Shown: piece after piece, positions 23,899 to 33,663 of the stretch | How the letters are laid out: each line of letters begins with the position of its first letter | Position numbering within the stretch: position 1 is the first letter of the stretch | From: an uncultured delta proteobacterium | GTDB taxonomy: Bacteria > Myxococcota_A > UBA9160 > UBA4427 | Assembly: GCA_963822965.1 (NCBI GenBank) | Contig: CAWGJT010000014.1 | Coordinates: 128,001-192,000, forward strand | Length of the DNA: 64,000 bases | Reading direction: 5' to 3' | The notes under the pieces: generated by a model | Seen by the model: the letters and a program-made list of their open reading frames with translations, nothing else | What the model was told of the DNA's origin: nothing | Database searches by the model: none | Translations under genes and position numbers: made by a program

Positions 23899-24903
23899 GT
23901 GATCGCTCTCCTGCCGATGGCGATCGTGCTCTGCGCCGTGGGGTGGTGGCTGTGGGAGGGGCGCCGCCGCCGCAGGCATCCCGTTCCGGCCGGCCTGCAG
24001 CCGGAGATCGAGATCCCGCACCGGGAGCCGTTCGAGCTCTACCACAACGCCCTCTCGTTGTGCTCGATGAAGGTACGGGTGTGCCTCGCGGAGCTCGGCA
24101 TTCCCCACGCCCCCCACGCCGTCGACCTGATCGAGACCGGTGCCTACGAGAACATCCGCCCGGCCTTCCTCCGGGTGAATCCCGCCGGCACCGTGCCCGT
24201 GCTGGTGCACGACGGGCATCCCGTCTACGAGTCGCACGAGCAGATTCGCTATGCGGCAGCCCATGCCCCGGAAGGGAGCCCGCGCCTCGTCCCCGACGAC
24301 CCGGCCCTGCGGGCCCAGATGGAGCGATGGATCGACCGGTCGTCCCTGACGGACGATCCCCTGCGGCACGGCGACGAGAGCGCAGGCAACGCGGTCCCCG
24401 GGCTCACCCTGCCGCTCTTCGCCGCCATGATCGATCGCATCCCCGTCTGGAAGATCGCCGAGGGCGCGCTCTTCCACTTCGACAAGAAGCGCCCGGCGAT
24501 GTTCCTCGTCTTCAAGCTGTGGGGGCTCGAGCGCTTCGGAAGCCTGGGGCCGGCGGTCGCGGTGCTGTCGCGCAGCCGTCGGCAGATGGCGGTGCACCTC
24601 GACGCCCTCGAGGAGCAGCTCGCCAGCAGCGGCGGCCCCTGGATCCTGGGCCAGACCTTCAGCCTGGCCGACGTGAGCTGGCTCGTGATCCTCGAGCGCC
24701 TGGTGCAGGCCGACTGTCTGCCCGTCTTCGTGGGCGGCGACCGGCGCCCGGCCTGCGCGGCCTGGTGGGAGCGCGTGCAGGCTCGCCCGGGCTATCGGCA
24801 GGCCATCACCGATCACGCCCATCCCACCGTGGTGCGAGGAACCCGGCGCCTGCGAGAGGCCAAGCAGGCGGATGCCGCTCTGCGTGGCGTGCTGGAGGGC
24901 TGA
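23899..24903 (+). CDS. Glutathione S-transferase family protein with an N-terminal membrane anchor
   Basis: Motifs SLCSMKVRVCLAE, NPAGTVPVLVHDG..YES and FSLADV; hydrophobic N-terminus followed by RRRRR. Confidence 0.88.
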   Translation: MIALLPMAIVLCAVGWWLWEGRRRRRHPVPAGLQPEIEIPHREPFELYHNALSLCSMKVRVCLAELGIPHAPHAVDLIETGAYENIRPAFLRVNPAGTVPVLVHDGHPVYESHEQIRYAAAHAPEGSPRLVPDDPALRAQMERWIDRSSLTDDPLRHGDESAGNAVPGLTLPLFAAMIDRIPVWKIAEGALFHFDKKRPAMFLVFKLWGLERFGSLGPAVAVLSRSRRQMAVHLDALEEQLASSGGPWILGQTFSLADVSWLVILERLVQADCLPVFVGGDRRPACAAWWERVQARPGYRQAITDHAHPTVVRGTRRLREAKQADAALRGVLEG

Positions 24904-25013
24904 ACGGCGTTTCGGGTCGGCTGGAGAGTCCGCGGGATTCTCCGGCTAGTGTCCCGGGGAAGGGGAGGGACAAGAGAGGGACAAGAAGAGAAGGACAAGA
25001 GAGGAGGCGAGCC

Positions 25014-25868
25014 ATGGGAAGCTGCGAGGGACGCGTGGCCTTCGTGACCGGCGCCAGCCGGGGAATCGGACGGGCGATCGCGAGGCGCCTGTCGGCCGAA
25101 GGAGCCGCGGTGGTGCTGTGCGCGTCGCGCATGGGGGCTCACGGCCGCCTGCCGGGAACCCTCGAAGAGGCCGCCTCGGAGATCCAGTCGTCCGGCGGCA
25201 AGGGCTTCGCGATCGCCGCCGACCTGTCGGACGAGGCGGTACGCCGGGATCTCGTCGCGCGCGCCAGCGAGCCCTTCGGTCCCGTGGACATCCTGGTCAA
25301 CAACGCCGCCGGTGCGTGCATGAAGCTGCCGAGCCAGGTGACCGCCCAGGAGCGCACCTGGATGTACGAGATGAACCTGAACGCGCCCATCGATCTCGCC
25401 CAGCAGGCCATCCCATCCATGCGCGAGCGCGGCGGCGGCTGGATCCTCAACATCACCAGCAGCTCTGCGAAGCAGCCGGTGGTTCCGTACCGCGACTCGC
25501 AGGTGTCCGCACACGTGATCGCCGCCTATGGTGCCACCAAGGCGGCGCTCGACCGCTACACCCAGGGGCTCGCCCACGAGGTGGCGGAGCACGACATCTT
25601 CGTGAACGCCATGGCGCCGCGGGACATCGTGCTGACCGCGGGCGCCGAGTACGTGCGCGACATCGCCCGACGCAATCCGGACATGGTGGAGCCCGTCGAG
25701 ATGATGGCCGAGGCTGCCCTCGAGCTGTGCACGGGGCGTCACGTCGGACGCGTGGTCTCGAGCCGCGAGATCCTCCACTCGGTGGCGCGCAAGGTGCGAA
25801 GCCTCGACGGAAGCCGGGTCCTGGGCGACGCGTTCCTGCCCGCGGACGTCGACGCTCCCGGCGTGTGA
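25014..25868 (+). CDS. SDR family NAD(P)-dependent oxidoreductase
   Basis: TGASRGIG, NNAA and YGATK motifs; GGAGG SD. Confidence 0.92.
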   Translation: MGSCEGRVAFVTGASRGIGRAIARRLSAEGAAVVLCASRMGAHGRLPGTLEEAASEIQSSGGKGFAIAADLSDEAVRRDLVARASEPFGPVDILVNNAAGACMKLPSQVTAQERTWMYEMNLNAPIDLAQQAIPSMRERGGGWILNITSSSAKQPVVPYRDSQVSAHVIAAYGATKAALDRYTQGLAHEVAEHDIFVNAMAPRDIVLTAGAEYVRDIARRNPDMVEPVEMMAEAALELCTGRHVGRVVSSREILHSVARKVRSLDGSRVLGDAFLPADVDAPGV

Positions 25869-25884
25869 ACGTCCGAGGGGCTCG

Positions 25885-27036
25885 ATGATCTTCTACTTCG
25901 ACTTCGCCAACTACTGGAAGATGGTGCGTCTCGCCTGGGGCGAGGAAGCGCCCAAGGTTCGCGCCTACTACCTGGCGGTTCTCTGCCTGGCGGTGCCCGT
26001 GGTTTCGAGCTTCCACGCCGTCTGCTTCTTCCTCGACGGCATCCTGTTTCCCGGGCTGTGGAAGGTGCGGGTGCGGGAGCCCGTCTTCATGGTGGGGCAC
26101 GCGCGCAGCGGGACGACGCTCACCCACCGGCTGCTCTCCCAGGACGAGGGGCGCTTCTCCTCCTTCCTGCTCTACGAGCTCTACTTCCCCTCGCTGCTGC
26201 AGAAGAAGCTGATCCGCTGGGGGGCGGCGCTCGATCGTCGCTGGCTGGGCGGCTTCCTCGAGGGACGCGTGCGCGCCTTCGAGAGGAAGCGCTACCGCAG
26301 CGACGCCCACGAGATGGGCCTCACCAAGCCCGAGGAAGACGACATCATCTTCTACTACTCGATGGCGTCGGGCTTCTGGATCACGAAGATGCCCTACATG
26401 GGCGATCTCGACTTCTATCACGTGAACGACTGGCCGGAGGCGAAGCGGCGCCGCCTCTTCGACTTCTACCGGGACTGCGTGCGCCGTCAGCTCTACCTGA
26501 ACGGTCCGGACAAGATCCATCTCTCGAAGAATCCGATCTTCTCGGGACGCGTGGCCTCGATCCTCGAGTCGTTCCCGGACGCCCGCATCGTCGTCAACGT
26601 CCGCAATCCCTACGAGACGATCCCCAGCCTGCTGAAGCTGGTGCGCAGCGGCTGGAAGATGCTGGGCTGGGACGAGGCGCGGCAGCGGCGCTGCCTGCAG
26701 GTGCTGGCCGCGCAGTCGTGGCACACCTACCGCCACCCGCTCGAGGTGCTGGCCGCCCACCCGGAGACCCCGGGCGCGGTGGTCGAGTACCGGGACCTGG
26801 TGTCGGACCCGGCCGCGACCATCGAGCGGGTCTACGAGGACCTGGGGCTGCCCATGAGCGACGCGTACCGCGAGGTGCTGCTGCGCGAGGGCAAGCGCCA
26901 TCGAGCCCACCAGACGACCCACCGCTACAGCCTCGAGGAGTTCGGGCTCGAGGCGGACGAGATCCGCAGCCAGCTCGGCGACCTCTTCGAGCGCTTCGGG
27001 TGGGACGCAGAAGCTCCGGCACGGGGAGGTGCATGA
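25885..27036 (+). CDS. PAPS-dependent sulfotransferase (Sulfotransfer_3-like)
   Basis: 5'-PSB loop GHARSGTT, then LSKNP and FPDARIVVNVRNPYETIPS; C-terminal HRYSLEEFGL. Confidence 0.88.
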   Translation: MIFYFDFANYWKMVRLAWGEEAPKVRAYYLAVLCLAVPVVSSFHAVCFFLDGILFPGLWKVRVREPVFMVGHARSGTTLTHRLLSQDEGRFSSFLLYELYFPSLLQKKLIRWGAALDRRWLGGFLEGRVRAFERKRYRSDAHEMGLTKPEEDDIIFYYSMASGFWITKMPYMGDLDFYHVNDWPEAKRRRLFDFYRDCVRRQLYLNGPDKIHLSKNPIFSGRVASILESFPDARIVVNVRNPYETIPSLLKLVRSGWKMLGWDEARQRRCLQVLAAQSWHTYRHPLEVLAAHPETPGAVVEYRDLVSDPAATIERVYEDLGLPMSDAYREVLLREGKRHRAHQTTHRYSLEEFGLEADEIRSQLGDLFERFGWDAEAPARGGA

Positions 27037-28463
27037 TGGCGAACGAAGCGAAGCGCGATCCGCAGGCCGAGAAGGCGCTGCGCGCCGCCTGGGACGACAT
27101 GATCGCGAGCCTCGAGCGGGCGCGGGACGCCATCGACCAGCCCGAGCTGATGCCTCCGCCCGGGAGCGCGCGCAACCTCGCCGAGGGCTACCGCTACCTG
27201 ATGGGCTACCTGCACAGCGCCGTCGAGCGGGCCTTCCACGAAGATCGCGAGCGGCCGGCCTTCCGCAACGCCCTCTCGATCATCAACCGCGGCACCATCG
27301 ACAACGCCGACGCCATCTACTTCTACGCGCCCATCGACGGGCGCCACAGCTACGTCGTCCGGGGCCGGACCGGCGACACGCGTCACTGGCGGGGAGAGGC
27401 TCCGGCCGGCGGTGCGCCGAAGGCTCCCTCCGGCCTCCCCAAGGCGCCTCACTACCTCATCTTCGAGGCCAGCTCGGGGGTGCTCGCGGGCGACTCGGGC
27501 GACCTGCGCGAGCTGATCCCCGGCGTGAAGACCCGCACCGGACGGCTCGACTCGAGCGAGATCCAGCTGGAGGCCGATGGCTCCTTCGAGATCCTGCTGG
27601 CCCCGGAGCGACCCGCCGGTCACACGGGCAACTTCATCGAGACCCTGAAGGTGGTGGGCCGGCCGCATCCCCTCGACCCCGACATGCCCCCGGAGCGCTA
27701 CGCGGACTACCTGAGCGGCCGACAGCTCTTCGACGACTGGGAGCACGAGGAGGCCATCTTCCTGTCCATCGAGCAGGTCGGCGCCGAGGGCGGCCATCCC
27801 CCGGCCTACGATCCCGCGGCGGCCGCCGCCGAGCTGCGCCGCTGCGGGGAGATCGTGCGCGCGCAGATGCACTTCTGGAACGCCTTCTGGACGATTCCCA
27901 TGGGCACCTACGGCCCACGCGAAGGCGGCATCCCGGGGGTCGAGTTCCCACGCAACGGCTTCAACAAGATCAACGCGGCGTCCGCGGCCACCGGCGGCGG
28001 CATGAGCACCAACCTGTACGCGGGCGGCGTCTTCGAGCTGGAGCCCGACGAGGCGTTGATCGTCGAGAACCGGATCCCGCTGGCGCCCCAGTACGTGGGC
28101 TTCCAGGTCGGCAACCTCTGGGGCGAGTCCGTCGACTACGCGAACCACCTGGGCAGCCTGAACGGCAGCCAATCCGAGGTCGATCCGGACGGCGTCATCC
28201 GGCTCGTCGTCGCCCACCGGGACCCCGGCGTACCCAACTGGATCGACACCACCGGTCACCGGGAGGGCTTCCTGACCCCGCGCTGGGCGTACAGCGAGAC
28301 GCCCCCGCCCGACCAGTGGCCGACCATCACGGCGAAGAAGGTGCCCCTGGCCGAGATCCGCCGGCACCTGCCGGAGACGACCCGCACGGTGTCGCCCGAG
28401 GAGCGCCGGGAGCAGATCCGCATCCGACAGACCCACGTGCAGCGGCGCTTCCGCTCGTTCTAG
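27033..28463 (+). CDS. DUF1214-domain protein
   Basis: ATGA overlap with the sulfotransferase stop. Motifs AEGYRYL, DNADAIY, DGSFEILL and VVAHRDPGVPNWIDTTGH. Confidence 0.82.
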   Translation: MMANEAKRDPQAEKALRAAWDDMIASLERARDAIDQPELMPPPGSARNLAEGYRYLMGYLHSAVERAFHEDRERPAFRNALSIINRGTIDNADAIYFYAPIDGRHSYVVRGRTGDTRHWRGEAPAGGAPKAPSGLPKAPHYLIFEASSGVLAGDSGDLRELIPGVKTRTGRLDSSEIQLEADGSFEILLAPERPAGHTGNFIETLKVVGRPHPLDPDMPPERYADYLSGRQLFDDWEHEEAIFLSIEQVGAEGGHPPAYDPAAAAAELRRCGEIVRAQMHFWNAFWTIPMGTYGPREGGIPGVEFPRNGFNKINAASAATGGGMSTNLYAGGVFELEPDEALIVENRIPLAPQYVGFQVGNLWGESVDYANHLGSLNGSQSEVDPDGVIRLVVAHRDPGVPNWIDTTGHREGFLTPRWAYSETPPPDQWPTITAKKVPLAEIRRHLPETTRTVSPEERREQIRIRQTHVQRRFRSF

Positions 28464-28502
28464 ATCCGCACGGGACCCGATCGCGTGCCAAGGAGAAGAA
28501 GA

Positions 28503-29408
28503 ATGGACGTCCTCCGCACACCGGAAGAGCGCTTCGCCCTGCTGCCCGGGCATCCCTGGCAGCCCCGCTACCTCGAGGACCTTCCTGGCTATGCCGGGCT
28601 GCGCATGCATCGCGTCGACGAGGGCCCGGCGGACGCGGAGCACGTCTTCCTGTGCCTCCACGGAGAGCCGACCTGGTCCTTTCTCTACCGCAAGATGATC
28701 CCGGTCTTCCTGGAGAGCGGGGCGCGGGTGGTGGCTCCCGATCTCTTCGGCTTCGGTCGCTCGGACAAGCCCGTGGAAGACGGGGCCTACTCGTTCGGCT
28801 TCCACCGCGACGCACTGATGCGGATGATCGAGGCCCTCGATCTGCGGCGGATCACCCTGGTGTGTCAGGACTGGGGGGGCATCCTCGGGCTCACCCTGCC
28901 GATGGAGATGCCGGAGCGCTTCTCGCGGCTGCTGGTGATGAACACCGCGCTTCCCGTCGGCGAGCCGGTGAGCCCGGGCTTCGCGGCCTGGAAGGCCTAC
29001 GCGGCCTCCGACCCCGACCTGCCCGTCGCGGGGCTGATCGCGCTCTCGTGTCCGGGCGTTCTGAACCCGTACGTGGTGAGCGCCTACGGGGCGCCGTTTC
29101 CCGACCAGCGCTACAAGGCGGGCGTGCGCACCTTCCCGCAGCTCGTGCCCGTGGAGCCCGGCATGGCGGGGGCCGACCTGTGTCGGGCGGCCCGCGCCTT
29201 CCTGCGGGACGAGTGGACCGGCCCGGTGCGCATGGCGGTGGGTACGGCCGATCCCGTGCTGGGTCCCGACGTGATGAACGACCTGCGCCGGTATCTCCGC
29301 GGCTGTCCCGAGCCGCTCCTCGTGGAGGGTGCGGGTCACTTCGTGCAGGAGTGGGGCGAGGGCATCGCCCGCTGGGCGCTCCCGGAGCTCGCCGCCGACG
29401 CCGGGTAG
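28503..29408 (+). CDS. Haloalkane dehalogenase (HLD-I, DhlA/DhmA-like)
   Basis: Motifs LRTPEERF, LHGEPTWSFLYRKMI, GFGRSDKP, nucleophile QDWGG and GHFVQE. Confidence 0.9.
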   Translation: MDVLRTPEERFALLPGHPWQPRYLEDLPGYAGLRMHRVDEGPADAEHVFLCLHGEPTWSFLYRKMIPVFLESGARVVAPDLFGFGRSDKPVEDGAYSFGFHRDALMRMIEALDLRRITLVCQDWGGILGLTLPMEMPERFSRLLVMNTALPVGEPVSPGFAAWKAYAASDPDLPVAGLIALSCPGVLNPYVVSAYGAPFPDQRYKAGVRTFPQLVPVEPGMAGADLCRAARAFLRDEWTGPVRMAVGTADPVLGPDVMNDLRRYLRGCPEPLLVEGAGHFVQEWGEGIARWALPELAADAG

Positions 29409-29431
29409 GCTCCCGCGGCCGGAGGGCCAGC

Positions 29432-30832
29432 TTGGAAATCGTCGTCTCGCTGCTGCACTGGATCGGCACCAACGAATCGGTCCTCTCGGGCATTGCGGCC
29501 ACCATCGTGATCGTGGGCGTGCTCTTCACGCCCGTGGGCCGGGGGGTGCGAGCCCTGCTGCGGCGGCGGCGCGGCGAGACCGCGTCCGGCGCCGCCGCGG
29601 CATCCGACGCCGCCCACCCGCCGCTGGTCCGCGACCGCCCCTCCATCGCGGTGATGCCCTTCGCGAACCTGTCCGGGGATCCCGAGCACGAGTTCCTCGC
29701 CGACGGCCTCAGCGAGGAGATCATCCTCGGGCTCTCGCGGGTGAAGCAGTTCTTCGTCATCGCGCGAAACTCGAGCTTCACCTACAAGGGGCGCGCGCCC
29801 GACGCACAGCGGGTCTCCCGGGAGCTGGGAGTGCGCTACGTGCTCGAAGGCAGCGTCCGCAAGCTGGGCGATCGGGTGCGCGTGAGCGCGCAGCTCGTCG
29901 ACGCCAGCAACCGCCGGACCGCCTGGGCCGAGCGCTTCGATCGGCCGCTCGAGCAGATCGTGCACGTGGACGACGAGGTGACCGAGGCGATCGTCGCCGC
30001 CCTCCAGCCGGCCCTGCGGCGCGCCGAGGCCGATCTCGCCCGCCGCGCCGCGCCCGAGGATCTGACCGCCTGGGCGCTGGTGAACCGGGCCTGGGTGGCG
30101 GTGCAGAGCGACCTGGGAAGCCGCGAAGAGGCCGAGCGCGCGGTCGCCGCGTGCGAGGAGGCCCTGCGTCTCGACCCCGAGTACGCGCTGGGCCACGCGG
30201 TGCTCGCTCACGCGCGCTCACTGCTGGCCCGGGAGGGTTCCGGCGGCGCCGAGCAGGCCGAGGCCTCGATCCGCCGGGCCCTGCAGCTCTCCGACGACGA
30301 CCCGCTCATCCATCACTGCCATGCCGCGCTGCTCGGGAACCTGGGTCGCACCGCCGAAGGCGCACGCGCCTGGGAGCGTTCGCTCGCGCTGGACCCGAAC
30401 AGCGCCGCCGCGCGGGCCGGCCTGGGCATCTCGCGCATCTACCTGCGGCAGCCGGACCGCGCTCTCGAGAGCATCGACCAGGCCCTGCGGCTCTCGCCTC
30501 GTGATCCGCTCACCTACCACTGGCTCGGAAACCGCGCGCTCGCGTGCGCGCTGCTGGGCCGTTGGGGCGAGGCGCTCGAGGCGGCCGAGAGCTCGATCCA
30601 ACGGACCGGCTCCCAGGCGGGATACGCGGTGCTGGCGGCCGCGTTGGCGGAGGCGGGCCGGCTGGACGAGGCACACGAGGCCTACGAGGAGCTGTGCCGC
30701 CGCTCGCCGGGCCTCGACCCGGCGCGCTTCCGGCGGCTCGTCGAGAACATCGCGCCGGACGCCGACCGGGCCCGCGCGCTCACCCTGGCCGTCTACCGTG
30801 CGGCTGGCGAGCCGCCCCCCGCCGACCTCTGA
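29432..30832 (+). CDS. Membrane-anchored TolB-N-like/TPR protein (adenylate-cyclase-associated module without the cyclase)
   Basis: N-terminal TM helix; PSIAVMPFANLSGDPE, FVIARNSSFTYKG and LGVRYVLEGSVR; TPR repeats. Confidence 0.82.
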   Translation: MEIVVSLLHWIGTNESVLSGIAATIVIVGVLFTPVGRGVRALLRRRRGETASGAAAASDAAHPPLVRDRPSIAVMPFANLSGDPEHEFLADGLSEEIILGLSRVKQFFVIARNSSFTYKGRAPDAQRVSRELGVRYVLEGSVRKLGDRVRVSAQLVDASNRRTAWAERFDRPLEQIVHVDDEVTEAIVAALQPALRRAEADLARRAAPEDLTAWALVNRAWVAVQSDLGSREEAERAVAACEEALRLDPEYALGHAVLAHARSLLAREGSGGAEQAEASIRRALQLSDDDPLIHHCHAALLGNLGRTAEGARAWERSLALDPNSAAARAGLGISRIYLRQPDRALESIDQALRLSPRDPLTYHWLGNRALACALLGRWGEALEAAESSIQRTGSQAGYAVLAAALAEAGRLDEAHEAYEELCRRSPGLDPARFRRLVENIAPDADRARALTLAVYRAAGEPPPADL

Positions 30833-30869
30833 AGCGCGGGTCGAGGCGGGCGGCGACCCGGCGCGCCGG

Positions 30870-33590
30870 TCACGCGTGTCGCGCTCGGCTGCGGCGCCGC
30901 CACGCAATGCCCGACAGGACCCCCTGGGCGATCACCATGGGGCCCAGGCTGAAGAGCCCGACCCCCATCCACCCCCGCGCGCCGATGGGGCGCAGCTCGA
31001 GGAGACGGGCCAGCAGGGGAACGTGCACCGCGGCCAGCAGGAGCAGGACGCACAGCGCCAGCGCGCCCCACACCCAGGGGTTGCGGGTGACGTCGTTTCG
31101 GAACGGCGAGGCGTCGGCCGCACGCATGTCGAACACGTGCCAGAGCTGCGCGGCGGCCAGGGTCAGGAACGAGACCGTCACCGCCTCTTCCCGGGTCATG
31201 CCCGTGGCGAGCGCGGTGGCGAGGGCGCCGAGGACGGCGGCGGTGAGGAGGCCGCCGTAGACCGCGATCTCGAGCCAGTGCGCGCGGGTCAGGATCGGCT
31301 CGCCGGCCGGGCGCGGCGGCCGCTGCATCAGGCCCTTCTCCCCCTCTCCGAAGCCGAGGGCGAGCGCTGGGAAGACGTCGGTCACCAGGTTCAGGAAGAG
31401 GATCTGCAGCGGCAGCAGCGGGAAGGGCGCCTGCACCAGGGATGCGAGGGCCACGGCCAGCACCTCGCTCACGTTGCACGACAGCAGGTACACCGCGAAC
31501 TTGCGGATGTTTCCGAAGATCACGCGGCCCTGCTCGATGGCCACGACGATGGTCGCGAACTCGTCGTCCTGCAGCACCATGGCGGCGGCTTCCCGCGCCA
31601 CCTGGGTGCCGCGCTGCCCCATGGCGATTCCGATGTCCGCCTTGCGCAGGGCGGGGGCGTCGTTCACGCCGTCGCCGGTCATGGCCACCACCGACCCCTG
31701 CTGCTGGTGGAACGCGATCAGGTCCAGCTTCTGCTTCGGGTTTGCCCGGGCGACGACGTCCGCTTTCGCCAGGCGCGCGCGCGTGGGCTCGTCCTCCAGC
31801 CAGCGGTCACCGAGGGCGCGCGCGTCGACGACGGTCGGTCGGCCCTCCGTGCCGGCGAGGCCCACCGCCTGGGCGACCGTGGCCGCCGTGGCCGCGTGGT
31901 CGCCGGTCACCATCACCACGCGGATGCCCGCGCGCGCGCAGTCCTCGATCATCTCGCGCACCCGCGCCCGCGGCGGATCCAGCAGCGCCACCCAGCCCAG
32001 CAGCTCGAGCTCCTCGTAGAGCGGTGCGTCCGGCGTGTCGGCACGGCGTACGGCGAGCCCCAGCACCCGCAGGCCCTGCGCTGCCATGGTCTCGGCCCGC
32101 GCGTGCCAGTCGGCCCGGGTGGGCTCGTCGAGCGCGCGAGCCCCGTCCGCGGTCCGCACGCTCGTGCAGCGCGACAGCACCGCTTCGGGCCCACCCTTCA
32201 CGACGACCTCGAAGCCCTGCCGGTCCTGGTGGACGGTGGCCATCAGCTGCAGGCCCGGATCGAAGGCCTCCTCACGCCGTTCGGGGTGCAGCTCGAGCAG
32301 CTCGTGGCGATAGAGATCCGCCAGGGCCGCCACCTCGAGCAGCGCCGTCTCCGTGGGGTCGCCGACGGCCTGGTCCTGCCGTCGGGAGAGCGAGGCGTTG
32401 TTGCAGAGCGCTCCGGCCCGCAGCGCTGCCGCGAGCAGCGGGCACGCGTCCGGCGACACCGGAGCGCCGTCGCGCACGAACGCACCGTCGCGGACCTCGA
32501 CGGCGCCGTCGGCGAGCTGGAAGGAGACGGTGCTCATGCGGTTCTCGGTGAGGGTTCCCGTCTTGTCCGTCAGGATCACGCTCGTCGAGCCGAGGGTCTC
32601 GACGGCGGACAGCCGCTCGATCAGCGCGTTGCGGCGCGCCATCCGCCACATGCCCCGTGCCAGGGCCAGGGTGGCGACGGCCGGCAGGCCCTCGGGCACG
32701 GCGGCCACCGCCAGGGCGATGCTGGTCTCGATCATCAGCAGCACGTTGCGCCCGGAGAGGATGCCGACCGCGGCGATGCCCGCGGCGATCGCCAGGGTGA
32801 GAGCCACGAGCCGGCGCCCGAGATCCTCGAGCCGTCGCTCGAGGGGGGTGCTCTCGGGCTCGGCCTCCAGGGCGAGGGCCGAGATGCGACCCAGCTCCGT
32901 GTCCATCCCGGTTCCGACCACCACCGCGAGGCCGCTGCCTCGCGTCAGGGCCGTTCCCTTGAAGAGGATACAGGCGCGCTCCGGGACGGGCGTCTCCTCG
33001 GGCACGGGCTCGCACTGCTTGCGAACCGGGACCGACTCTCCGGTCAGCGCCGACTGGTCGGCTTCGAGCTTCGACGCTTCGACCAGGCGCAGGTCGGCGC
33101 TCACCACGTCGCCCCCTTCGAGCACGACCACGTCGCCCGGGACGAGCTGGCTTGCCGGGAGTCGCTCCACGCGTCCGTCCCGACGCACGACGACCCGGGC
33201 CTGTCCGAGCCGGCGGAGCGCCTCCAGGGAGCGCGTCGCACGCAGCTCCGTTGCGAAGCCGATCGCCACGTTGAGCACCACGACGAGCCCGATGGCGGCG
33301 CCTTCGATCCACTCGCCGAACGTGAAGGCCAGCCCGGACGCCACCACCAGCAGCAACACGAGCAGGCTCCGGAGCTGGTCCACGAGGATGCGCAACGCGG
33401 CGCGGGGTCGCCGTTGTCGCAGCCGATTCGGTCCGTAGCGCGCTTGCCGGCGGGCGGCCTCGTGTGGGTCGAGTCCCCGCTCGGCCTGGACGCCGAACGC
33501 CTCCAGGACGGTCTCCGGCGCCGCGGCCCACGGCGCGAGCGAGGTGGCGGGCGGGGAGGATCGCGAATCGTTCGTCGAGGGGCCCAGCAT
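30870..33590 (-). CDS. Cation-transporting P-type ATPase (P-II, Ca2+-type)
   Basis: Motifs LTGES, PEGL, DKTGTLT, KGGPE, TGD and GDGVNDAPAL. Start uncertain. Confidence 0.93.
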   Translation of the reverse strand: MLGPSTNDSRSSPPATSLAPWAAAPETVLEAFGVQAERGLDPHEAARRQARYGPNRLRQRRPRAALRILVDQLRSLLVLLLVVASGLAFTFGEWIEGAAIGLVVVLNVAIGFATELRATRSLEALRRLGQARVVVRRDGRVERLPASQLVPGDVVVLEGGDVVSADLRLVEASKLEADQSALTGESVPVRKQCEPVPEETPVPERACILFKGTALTRGSGLAVVVGTGMDTELGRISALALEAEPESTPLERRLEDLGRRLVALTLAIAAGIAAVGILSGRNVLLMIETSIALAVAAVPEGLPAVATLALARGMWRMARRNALIERLSAVETLGSTSVILTDKTGTLTENRMSTVSFQLADGAVEVRDGAFVRDGAPVSPDACPLLAAALRAGALCNNASLSRRQDQAVGDPTETALLEVAALADLYRHELLELHPERREEAFDPGLQLMATVHQDRQGFEVVVKGGPEAVLSRCTSVRTADGARALDEPTRADWHARAETMAAQGLRVLGLAVRRADTPDAPLYEELELLGWVALLDPPRARVREMIEDCARAGIRVVMVTGDHAATAATVAQAVGLAGTEGRPTVVDARALGDRWLEDEPTRARLAKADVVARANPKQKLDLIAFHQQQGSVVAMTGDGVNDAPALRKADIGIAMGQRGTQVAREAAAMVLQDDEFATIVVAIEQGRVIFGNIRKFAVYLLSCNVSEVLAVALASLVQAPFPLLPLQILFLNLVTDVFPALALGFGEGEKGLMQRPPRPAGEPILTRAHWLEIAVYGGLLTAAVLGALATALATGMTREEAVTVSFLTLAAAQLWHVFDMRAADASPFRNDVTRNPWVWGALALCVLLLLAAVHVPLLARLLELRPIGARGWMGVGLFSLGPMVIAQGVLSGIAWRRRSRARHA

Positions 33591-33663
33591 GCGGGCCGCC
33601 AAGGGTACCCCGGATCGAGGCGCTCCAGGCGTACTATGCTGGCAGCCTGGAAAGGAGCGCGGC

